Source: Haplodiscus bocki (taxonomy: Eukaryota). From it: DNA of 64,000 nt. Where the stretch lies: positions 42,284,001 to 42,348,000 of the forward strand of contig OZ296649.1 of the NCBI GenBank assembly GCA_965655095.1, given 5' to 3'. Below, in pieces: positions 24,801 through 36,300 of the stretch. Position numbers and translations under genes: made by a program. The notes under the pieces were generated by a model. That model saw only the letters and a program-made list of their open reading frames with translations, had not been told where the DNA came from and did not search any database. Every line of letters starts with the position of its first letter. Positions within the stretch are counted from its first letter, which is position 1.

Positions 24801-27800
24801 CGGGCAGAAAGATCACTACTTGGAGAGTTGGTGGAAATAGAAAGATTCAGGAAGAAAGCTCAATTTCCGAAAATATAAACGATTTAAACCTAATTGATTT
24901 CATTTCTTACAATTTTTTTTTCTCACAAACGTCACTGTTCTTGCGGAGAATTGTTTGTGGAAGGTTTGTTGAAGCAACTACTTTTTGTCGAGGGAACGCC
25001 TCTTCTTCCTGAAAATCTTCATCAGCAAAGTTTGAAGCCCGAAAAACTTCCCGTGATAGCCGGCTGTTTCGTTTAGATTCACTAACAATTTCCTCGCAGT
25101 GAGCTAGTTTTGAGTTTGCACTGATTGATTTTCTTTGTTTTCAGCTGTTCCGTTCACAGCAGCAACGCTTTTATCGTCTGCAAAGATAAACGACTCAAAT
25201 TGTTCTGGGACCTTGGGTAAGTAGTCTTTTTTTGGGAGAGAAATTTCTCTGAGTTTGGTCTCTCAGTAACGCCTCACGTTGGCGTCATCCAATTCTGATA
25301 TTTCTGGATCCGCAGCTTCAATTGCTTTCCGCCAATCAAGGAGATGTTCCTGACGTTTTTGGTCTTTTGTTTGCGTCATCGTGCCGTAAGTTCAAAACTA
25401 ACATCAACAGTGCAGCGTTGTTTTTCAATTGAGCATTTTTTTGAGTTGAGAAAGATCAATTTTTTCGAAATGTAAAAAAATTTGTTTTGCATGACCCTGT
25501 GAAAGAAAATGTTCCTTTAGTGAAGATTACTTTGGCCGGTATTTTTCTTCTATCACTGTAGAACACTTTCCGAACCGGAAGTACTTCAATTTATGGGAGA
25601 AATGCCTGGAAAAGATTGAATGGTAAGGCCAGTTAAATTTTGATGTCATTCTACTCGTCCTCGAATGACAATAACGTTATGTAACTGATCATCACACCGA
25701 GATTTGTAGCAAAGGACGTGTATTAGTTCATCAGATGGTTTCTTGGAAATGGGCGAAATCTAATGTGAATCCACAGTGTTTTCCGAGTCTTTTCTCAACC
25801 GAATCAGATTGTGACCGAAAATTTCGTCAATGGTTGTCCCTATATCTTCAAGGTTCGCAGTAGCACTAATTAACGAATGACTTATCAAATAGAGGGTGTT
25901 GTAGAGAACTTAAAACACCAGAACATTTGGACATTTCAACGAATTTACTTTCTTTCGGGCGTAATTATAACCTAGAAGCATAGTCATCGGATCAACGGGA
26001 ACGATTTTCTACGCTTACCTTCGCTAATCAGAAACTTCCGGATGCTTTCTGCGTTTGGCATTTCTTCATCCTTAAGGTCTGGCAGGTCTGTCATGTGACA
26101 GGCGAGTAAAACAGTAAGACTTTTTCCAATACGTGCGAAATTTGAGTTTGCGGTAAAAAAGGTGTTGTTCTTCAGATAAGGTTGGGTGCCAAATTTCATA
26201 AGGATTGCCTATCGAATATTGTTTCCCGAGATTGTTTTTCATCTGAATTCTGGAAATTCGGGCAGAAAGATCACTACTTGGAGAGTTGGTGGAAATAGAA
26301 AGATTCAGGAAGAAAGCTCAATTTCCGAAAATATAAACGATTTAAACCTAATTGATTTCATTTCTTACAATTTTTTTTTCTCACAAACGTCACTGTTCTT
26401 GCGGAGAATTGTTTGTGGAAGGTTTGTTGAAGCAACTACTTTTTGTCGAGGGAACGCCTCTTCTTCCTGAAAATCTTCATCAGCAAAGTTTGAAGCCCGA
26501 AAAGCTTCCCGTGATAGCCGGCTGTTTCGTTTAGATTCACTAACAGTTTCCTCGCAGTGAGCTAGTTTTGAGTTTGCACTGATTGATTTTCTTTGTTTTC
26601 AGCTGTTCCGTTCACAGCAGCAACGCTTTTATCGTCTGCAAAGATAAACGACTCAAATTGTTCTGGGACCTTGGCTAAGTAGTCTTTTTTTGGGAGAGAA
26701 ATTTCTCTGAGTTTGGTCTCTCAGTAACGCCTCACGTTGGCGTCATCCAATTCTGATATTTCTGGATCCGCAGCATCAAATGTTTTTCGCTAATCAAGGA
26801 GATGTTCCTGACATTTTTGGTCTTTTGTTTGCGTCATCGTGCCGTAAGTTGAAAATTAACATCAACAGTGCAGCGTTGTTTTTCAATTGAGCATTTTTTT
26901 GAGTTGAGAAAGATCAATTTTTTCGAAATGTAAAAAAACTTGTTTTGCATGACCCTGTGAATGAAAATGTTCCTTTAGTGAAGATTACTTTGGCCGGTAT
27001 TTTTCTTCTATCACTTTAGAACACTTTCCGAACCGGAAGTACTTCAATTTATGGGAGAAATGCGTGGAAAAGATTGAATGGTAAAGGCAGTTAAATTTTG
27101 ATGTCATTCTACTCGCCCTCGAATGACAATAACGTTATGTAACTGATCATCAGACCGAGATTTGTAGCAAAGGACGTGTATTAGTTCATCAGATGGATTC
27201 TTGGAAATGGGCGAAATCTAATGTGATTCTACAGTGTTTTCCGAGTCTTTTTTCAACCGAATCAGATTGTGACCGAAAATTTCGTCAATCGTTGTCCCTA
27301 TATCTTCAAGGTTCGCAGTAGCACTAGTTAACGAATGACTTATCAAATAGAAGGTGTTATAGAGAACTCAAAACACCAGAACATTTGGACATTTCAATGA
27401 ATTTACTTTCTTTCGGGCGTAATTATAACCTAGAAGCATAGTCATCGGATCAACGGGAACGATTTTCTACGCTTACCTTCGCTAATCAGAAACTTCCGGA
27501 TGCTTTCTGCGTTTGGATTTTCTTCATCCTTAAGGTCTGGCAGGTCTGTCATGTGACAGGCGAGTAAAACAGTAAGACTTTTTCCAATACGTGCGAAATT
27601 TGAGTTTGCGGTAAAAAAGGTGTTGTTCTTCAGATAAGATTGGGTGCCAAATTTCATAAGGATTGCCTATCGAATATTGTTTCCCGAGATTGTTTTTCAT
27701 CTGAATTCTGGAAATTCGGGCAGAAAGATCACTACTTGGAGAGTTGGTGGAAATAGAAAGATTCAGGAAAGAAGCTCAATTTTCGAAAGAATGAACGATT

Positions 27801-30700
27801 CAAATCTAAACGCTTTCAATTCTTGAAAACATCTTTTTTCCCACAAACGTCATTGTTCTTGCGGAGAATCATTTGTGGAAGGTTTGTTAAGGCAACTACT
27901 TTTTGTCGAGGGAACGCCTCTTCTTCCTAAAAATCATCATCAGCAAAGTTTGCAGTCCGAAAAACTTCCCGTGGTAGCCGGCTGTTCTGTTTAATTTCAC
28001 AACCAGTTTTCTCGGAGTGAGCCAGTTCTGAGTTTCCATTGATTGACTTTCTTTGTTTTCAGCTGTTCTGTTCAGAGCAACAACGCCTTTATCGTCTGAG
28101 AACATAAAAAACTGAAGGTGTTCTGGGACCTTGGGTAAGTAGTTCTTAATTTGGGAGAGGAATTTCCCTTCGGTTGATCTCTGAGGAACGCCTCACGTTA
28201 CCGTCATCCTATCTAATACTTCATGATCTGCAGCTTCAAAGGCTTTCCGCCAACCAAGGAGATGTTCCTGACGTTTTTGGTCTTTTGTTTTCGTCATCGT
28301 GCCGTAAGTTCAAAATTAACATCAACAGTGCAGCGTTGTTTTTCAATTGAGCATTTTTTTGAGTTGAGAAAGATCATTTTTTTCGAAATGTAAAACAACT
28401 TGTTTTGCATGACCCTGTGAAAAAAAATGTTCCTTTAGTGAAGATTACTTTGGCCGGTATTTTTCTTCTGTCACTGTAGAACACTTTCCGAACCGGAAGT
28501 ACTCCAATTTATGGGAGAAATGCCTGGAAAAGATTGAATGGTAAGGCCAGTTAAATTTTGATGTCATTCTACTCGTCCTCGAATGACAATAACGTTATGT
28601 AACTGATCATCAGACTGAGATTTGTAGCAAAGGACGTGTATTAGTTCATCAGATGGTTTCTTGGAAATGGGCGAAATCTAATGTGATTCCAGTGTTTTCC
28701 AAGTCTTTTCTCAACCGAATCAGATTGTGACCGAAAATTTCGTCAATGGTTGTCCCTATATCTTCAAGGTTCGCAGTAGCACTAATTAACGAATGACTTA
28801 TCAAATAGAGGGTGTTGTAGAGAACTTAAAACACCAGAACATTTGGACATTTCAACGAATTTACTTTCTTTCGGGCGTAATTATAACCTAGAAGCATAGT
28901 CATCGGATCAAGGGGAACGATTTTCTACGCTTACCTTCGCTAATCAGAAACTTCCGGATGCTTTCTGCGTTTGGATTTTCTTCATCCTTAAGGTCTGGCA
29001 GGTCTGTCATGTGACAGGCGAGTAAAACAGTAAGACTTTTTCCAATACGTGCGAAATTTGAGTTTGCGGTAAAAAAGGTGTTGTTCTTCAGATAAGGTTG
29101 GGTGCCAAATTTCATAAGGATTGCCTATCGAATATTGTTTCCCGAGATTGTTTTTCATCTGAATTCTGGAAATTCGGGCAGAAAGATCACTACTTGGAGA
29201 GTTGGTGGAAATAGAAAGATTCAGGAAGAAAGCTCAATTTCCGAAAATATAAACGATTTAAACCTAATTTATTTCATTTCTTACAATTGTTTTTTCTCAC
29301 AAACGTCACTGTTCTTGCAGAGAATCGTTTGTGGGAGGTTTGTTGAAGCAACTACCTTTGTCGAGCAAACGCTTTTTCTTTCAGAAAATCATGATCAGCA
29401 AAATTTGAAGGCTGAAAGACTTTCCGTGGTAGCCGCCTGTTTCGTTTAGGTTCACTAACAGTTTCCTCGCAGTGAGCTAGTTTTGAGTTTGCACTGGTTG
29501 ATTTTCTTTGTTTTCAGCTGTTCCGTTCACAGCAGCAACGCTTTTATCGTCTGCAAACATAAACGAATCAAATTGTTCTGGGACCTTGGGTAAGTAGTCT
29601 TTTTTTGGGAGAGAAGTTTCCCTGAGTTTGGTCTCTCAGTAACGCCTCACGTTGCCGTCATCCAATTCTGATATTTCTGGATCCGCAGCATCAAATGTTT
29701 TTCGCTAATCAAGGAGATGTTCCTGACATTTTGGGTTTTTGTTTGCGTCATCGTGCCGTAAGTTCAAAATTAACATCAACAGTGCAGCGTTGTTTTTCAA
29801 TTGAGCATTTTTTTGAGTTGAGACAGATCAATTTTTTCGAAATGTAAAAAAACTTGTTTTGCATGACCCTGTGAATGAAAATGTTCCTTTAGTGAAGATT
29901 ACTTTGGCCGGTATTTTTCTTCTATCACTGTAGAACACTTTCCGAATCGGAAGTACTTCAATTTATGGGAGAAATGCCTGGAAAAGATTGAATGGTAAGG
30001 CCAGTTAAATTTTGATGTCATACCACTTGTCCTCGAATGACAATAACGTTATGTAACTCATCATCAGACCGAGATTTGTAGCAAAGGACTTGTATTAGAT
30101 CATCAGATGGTTGCTTGGAAATGGGCGAAATCTAATGTGATTCCACAGTGTTTTCCGAGTCTTTTTTCAACCGAATCAGATTGTGACCGAAAATTTCGTC
30201 AATCGTTGTCCCTATATCTTCAAGGTTCGCAGTAGCACTAGTTAACGAATGACTTATCAAATAGAGGGTGTTGTAGAGAACTTAAAACACCAGAACATTT
30301 GGACATTTCAACGAATTTACTTTCTTTCGGGCGTAATTATAACCTAGAAGCATAGTCATCGGACCAACGGGAACGATTTTCTACGCTTACCTTCGCTAAT
30401 CAGAAACTTCCGGATGCTTTCTGCGTTTGGAATTTCTTCATCCTTAAGGTCTGGCAGGTCTGTCATGTGACAGGCGAGTATAACAGTAAGACTTTTTCCA
30501 ATACGTGCGAAATTTGAGTTTGCGGTAAAAAAGGTGTTGTTCTTCAGATAAGGTTGGGTGCCAAATTTCATAAGGATTGCCTATCGAATATTGTTTCCCG
30601 AGATTGTTTTTCATCTGAATTCTGGAAATTTGGGCAGAAAGATCACTACTTGAAGAGTTGGTGGAAATAGAAAGATTCAAGGAAAGAAGCTCAATTTTCG
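21810..30700 (+). repeat. Homogenised block of six monomers (period 1456-1460 bp)
   Basis: Near-identical ORFs at 23066, 24524, 25984, 27442, 28900 and 30356. Shared private sequence such as cttaccttcgctaatcagaaacttccggatgctttctgcgtttgg and aaggacgtgtattagttcatcagatgg. Confidence 0.93.
24515..25974 (+). repeat. Representative full-length monomer (1,460 bp, arbitrary phase)
   Basis: Distance between consecutive gaagcatagtcatcggatcaacggg landmarks at 24515 and 25975. Recurrent ORFs at 24524/25984 and 24728/26186 give a period of 1458-1460. Confidence 0.95.
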
Positions 30701-33360
30701 AAAGAATGAACGATTCAAATCTAAACGGTTTCATTTCTTTAAAACATATTTTTTCCCAAAAACGTCATTGTTCATGCGGAGAATCGTTTGTGGAAGTTTT
30801 GTTGAAGCAACTACTTTTTGTCGAGGGAACGCCTCTTCTTCCTGAAAATCATCATCAGCAAAGTTTGCAGCCAGAAAAACTTCCCGTGGTAGCCGGCTGT
30901 TCTGTTTAATTTCACAACCAGTTTTCTCGCAGTGAGCCAGTTCTGAGTTTCCATTGATTGACTTTCTTTGTTTTCAGCTGTTCCGTTCAGAGCAACAACG
31001 CTTTTATCGTCTGAGAGCATAAAAAACTGAAGGTGTTCTGGGACCTTGGGTCAGTAGTTTTTAATTTGGGAGAAGAATTTCTCTTCGGTTGATCTCTGAG
31101 GAACGCCTCACGTTACCGTCATCCTATCTAATACTTCATGATCTGTAGCTTCAAATGCTTTTCGCCAATCAAGGAAAATTTCCTGAATGTTTTGGTTTTT
31201 TGGTTGTGTCATAGTGGCACAAGTTCGACAATAGCATCGATATTGCAGTATTGTTTTTCAAAAAGGCAGTTTTTTTGATTTGAGAAAGATCAAATCTTCC
31301 GAAATGTAAGTTTAACCGGTTTTGTATAACTCTTTCAGAAGAAATGTTTCAAACAGTGAAGGTAAATTTTGACCGGTAATTTTTTTACTGTAGGGCCCTT
31401 TTCGAACCGGAAGTACTTCCGTTTTGGGAAGAAGTCTTGAAAAAACCCTAGAAAAGATTGAATAACAAGGCCAGCTATGTATTGATGTCACACTACTTGT
31501 CCTCTTGATGACAAAAACGTAGCTTGAATGACAAAAACGTAGTGTAACTCATCATCATACCGAGATTTGTAGTAAAGGATTTGTATAAATTTATCAGATG
31601 CTTTCCTAAAGATGGGTGAAAACTAATGTGATTCCACATTGTTTTCCGAGTCTTTTGTCGAACAAATCAGAATGTGACCTAAAAATTCGTAAATGGCTAT
31701 CCCTATATCTTCACAATTCGCAGTAGCAATATTTAACGAATGACTTATCAAATAGAGGGTGTTGTAGAGAATTTAAAACACTAGAACAATTTGACATTTC
31801 AACCAGTATACTTGATTTCGGGCGTATTTGTAACGTCGAAGCATAGTCATCGACTCAACGGGAGTGATTTACTACGTTTACGTCGCTAATCAGAATTATG
31901 AGGACGGTTCCTGACTTCGGAATTTGTTCATCCCTAAAATGTGGCAGGTGTGTCGTGTGACAGGCGACCAGAAGAGTAAGATTTCTCAAATACGTGCGAA
32001 AATTGAGTTTGCGGTAAAATAAAGTGTTTTTCTTCAGATAAGGTTGGGTGGCAATATTGATGTGGATTGCCAATCGAATATTGTTTTCCGAGATTGTTTT
32101 TCATCTGACTTCTGGATTTTGGGGCAAAAAAATTACTACTTGTATAATTGGTGGAATTAGAAAGATTCAGGAAGGAAGATCAATTTTCGAAAGGATAAAG
32201 GATTTAAACCTAAACGATTTCAATTCTTACAAACATTTTTTCCCACAAACGTCACTGTTCCTGCAGAGAATCGTTTGTGGAAGGTTTGTTTAAGCAAATA
32301 CTTTTTGTCGAGGGAACGTTTTTTCTCTCCAAAATATATCATCGGCTTTAATTGAGGGCTCAAAAAATTTCCCGTGGCAGCCGGCTGTCTCGTTTAGGTC
32401 CACTAACAGTTTCCTCGCAGTGAGCCAGTTTTGAGTTTCCACTGATTGATTTTCTTAGTTTTCAGCTGTTCCGTTCAGAGCAGCAACGCTTTTATCGCCT
32501 GCAAACAAAAACGACTCAAGTTGTTCTGGGACCTTGGGTAAGTAGTCTTTTTTTGGGAGAGAAATTTCCCTTAGTTTGATCTCTCAGGAACGCCTCACGT
32601 TACCATCATCCAATCTGGTCTTTCATGATCAGTAGCATCAAATGCTTTTCGCCCATCAAGGAGATGTTCCTGACAAATTTGGTCTTTTCGTTGCGTAACC
32701 GTGCCGTACGTTCAACTAAAAGATCAACAGTGTATTGTTGTTTTTCAAATAAGCAACTTTTTTGATTTGAGAAAGATCAAGTTTTCCGAAAAGGAAGTAT
32801 AGCCAGTTTTGTTTGACTCTTTCAGAAGGAAATGGTCCAAAGAGTGAAGGTATTTTTTGGCCGGTATTTTTTTCTACCGGAAGATGCCGGTAGAGCATTT
32901 TCTGAACCGGAAGTACTTCAATTTCTGGAAAAAGTCTGGGAAAACCCTGCAAAAAACTGAATAATAGGGCCAGCCAAATTTTGAAGTCACACTACTTGTC
33001 CTTTTTAATGATAAAAACGTTATGTAGCTCATCATCAGACCGAGATTTGTAGTAAAAGACTTGTATTACTTTATAAGATGCTATCTTGAAGATGGGTGAA
33101 GTCTAATGTGATTCCACAGTGTTTCCGAGTGTTTTCACAACCGAATCATAGTTTGACCGGAATTCTCGTCAATGGTAGTTCCTATACCTTCAAAGATCGC
33201 AGTAGCACTAATTAACGAATGAGTTGTCAAGTAGAGTGTGTTTTAGAGAAGTTGAAACACGAGAACATGTGGACATTTACACCAATTTACTTGATTTCGG
33301 GCGTAATTATAACATCGAAGCATAGTCATCGGTTCAACGGGAACGATTTTCTACGTTTAC
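30330..33360 (+). repeat. Copy 2 of the ~3 kb patchy duplication (partner at 18620-21650)
   Basis: Same diagnostic variants as copy 1 at a constant 11,712-11,714 offset. The middle part is less similar. Confidence 0.85.
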
Positions 33361-36300
33361 GTCGCTACTCAAAAATGTGAGGACGGTTCCTGACTTTGCA
33401 ACTTCTTCATCCCTAAAATATGGCAGGTCTGTTTTATGAGAGGCGACTAAAATTGTAAGATGTCTCAAATACGTGCTAAATTTGTATTTCCGTTAAAAAA
33501 AAGGTGTTTTACTTCAGATAAGTTTGAGTGGCATATTTGCTGTGGATTGCCTATCGAATATTGTTCCCTGAGATTGACATTCATATGAATTCTAATTTTT
33601 TCTCGCAAGAAAATCACTGTTTGGAAAAATGGAGGAATTAGAATGTTTCACGAAGAAAGAGCATTTATTGAAAGAAAAAACGGTTTCAGCCTAATGATTT
33701 CATTACTTTAAAACATCTTTTTCCCCACAAATTTCAATGTTCTTGCGAAGAATCATTTGTGGAAGGTTTATTTAAGCAAATACTTTTTGTCGAGGGAACG
33801 CCTATTCTTTCCGAAAATCATCATCAGCAAAGTTTGAAGCCTGAAAAACTTCCCGTGGTAGCCGGCTCTTTTGTTTAATTTCACTACCAGTTTCCACGCA
33901 GTGAGCCAGTTTTGAGTTGCCACTTATTGATTTTCTTTGTTTTCAGCTGTTCTCTTCAGAGCAACAACGCTTTTTTCGTCTGAGAACATAAACAACTTAA
34001 GTTGTTCTGGGACCATGGGTAAGTAGTTTTGAATTGGGGAGAGAAACTTCCCTTAGGTTGATCTCTGAGGAGCGCCTCACGTTACCATTATCCAATCTGA
34101 TATTTCATGATCAGTAGCATCAAATGCTTTTCGCCCATCAAGGAGATTTTCTGACTGTTTTGGTTTTTTGGTTGTGTCATAGTGCCATAAGTTCGACAAA
34201 ATCATCAAGAATGCAGTGTTGTTTTTCAAATAGGCAAATTTTTTGATTTGAGAAAAATCAATTTTTCCTAAATGGAAGTATAGCCAGTTTTGTTTGACTC
34301 TTTCAGAAGGAATTGGTCTAAAGAGTGAAGGTATTTTTTGGCCGGTATTTTTTCTAATGTAGAGCATTTTCTGAACCGGAAGTACTTCAATTTCTGGAAA
34401 AAGTCTGGGAAAAGCTCTGGAAAAAATTGGATAATAGGGCCAGCTAAATATTGAAGCGACACTACTTGTCCTCTTGAATGACAATAATGCAGTGTAACTC
34501 ATCATCAGAGCGAGATTTGTAGTAAGGGACTTGTAAAAATTTATCAGATGCTTTCCTGAAGACGGGTGAAATCTAATGTGATTCCACATTGTTTTCCGAG
34601 TCTTTTGTCGAACGAATCAGAATGTGACCTAAAATTTCGTAAATGGTTATCCTTGTATCTTCACAATTCGCAGTAGCAATGTTTACCGAATGAGTTATCA
34701 AATAGAGGGTGTTCTGGAGAATTTGAAACACTAGAACAAATGGACATTTCAACCAATATACTTGATTTCGGGCGTATTTATAACATCGAAGCATAGTCAT
34801 CGATCAACGGGAGCGATTTACTACGTTTACGTCGCTAATCAGAATTATCAGGACGGTTCCTGACTTTGGAATTTGTTCATCTCTAAAATGCGGCAGGTCT
34901 GTTCTGTGACAGGCGAGTAGAATAGTAAGATTTCTCAAATACGTGCGAGAAATGAGTTTGCGGTAAAATAAGGTGTTTTTCTTCAGATAAGGTTGGGTGG
35001 CAATATTGATGTGGATTGCCAATCGAATTTTTTTTCCCGACTTTGTTTCCCATCTGAATTCCGACAATTTTGGCAAAAAGATCACTACATTGAAAGTTGG
35101 TGAAATTAGAAAGATTTAAGAAGAAAGCTCAATTTTCCAAAGAAAAAACGATTTAAACGTAAATGGTTTAGTTTCTTTGAAAAATATTTTTTCGTCTAAA
35201 CGTCAGTGTTTCTGCAGAGAATCATTTGTGTAAGTTTTATTGAAGCAGTTGTTTTTGCCCACGAAACGTTTTTTCTTTTTAAAACTCATCATCGGCATAA
35301 ATTGAGGGCTCAAAAAGCTTCCCGTGTTAGCCGGCTGTCTCGTTTAGGTTCACTAACAGTTTCCTCGCAGTGAGCCAGTTTCGAGTTTCTACTGATTGAT
35401 TTTCTGTGTTTTCAGCTGTTCCGTTCAGAGCAGCAACGCTCTTATCGTCTGAGAACATAGACAACTCAAGGTGATCTGGGACCTTGAGTAAGTAGTCTTT
35501 GTTATGGGAGAGAATATTCACTTTGGTTGATCTCTCAGGAACGCCTGACGTTGCCGTCACCCAATTCTGATTTTTCTGGATCCGCAGCATCAAATGTTTT
35601 TCGCCAATCAATGAGAAGTTCCTGACATTTTTGGTCTTTTGGTTGGGTCATCGTGCCCTAAGTTCAAAAATAACATCAACTGTGCAGCGTTGTTTTTCAA
35701 TTGAGCAATTTTTTGAGTTGAGAAAGATCAATTTTTTCGAAATGTAAGTAAACCTGTTTTGCATGACCCTGTGAAAGGAAATGTTCCTTTAATGAAGATT
35801 AATTTGGCCGGTATTTTTCTTCTCTAACTGTAGAACACTTTTTGAAGCGGAAGTACTTCATTTTTTGGGAGAAATGCCTGGAAAAGACGGAAAGGTAAGG
35901 CCAGTTAAAAATTGATGTCATACTACTTGTCCTCGAATAACAATAACGTTATGTAACTCATCATCAGACCGACATTTGTAGCAAAGGACTTGTATTAGTT
36001 TATCAGATGGTTGCTTGGAAATGGGTGAAATCTAATGTGATTCCACAGTGTTTTCCGAGTCTTTTCTCAACCGAAATAGAATGTGACCGAAATTTTTGTC
36101 AATTTTTGTCCCTCTATCGTCACAGTTCACACTAGTGCCAATCAACGAATAACTTATCAAATAGAGGGTGTTGTAGAGAAGGTGAAGCACTAGAACATAT
36201 GGACTTTTCAACCAATTTTCTTAATTTCGGGCGTAACTTTAACATCGAAGAAAATCATCGGTTCAACGGCAACGATTTTCTACGTTTACGTTCCTTCATC

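Noticed and set aside
24515-25974. Monomer length as a multiple of nucleosome length (10 x 146 or 8 x 183)
   Set aside because: This is a numerical coincidence without a visible internal sub-repeat. It would need MNase data.
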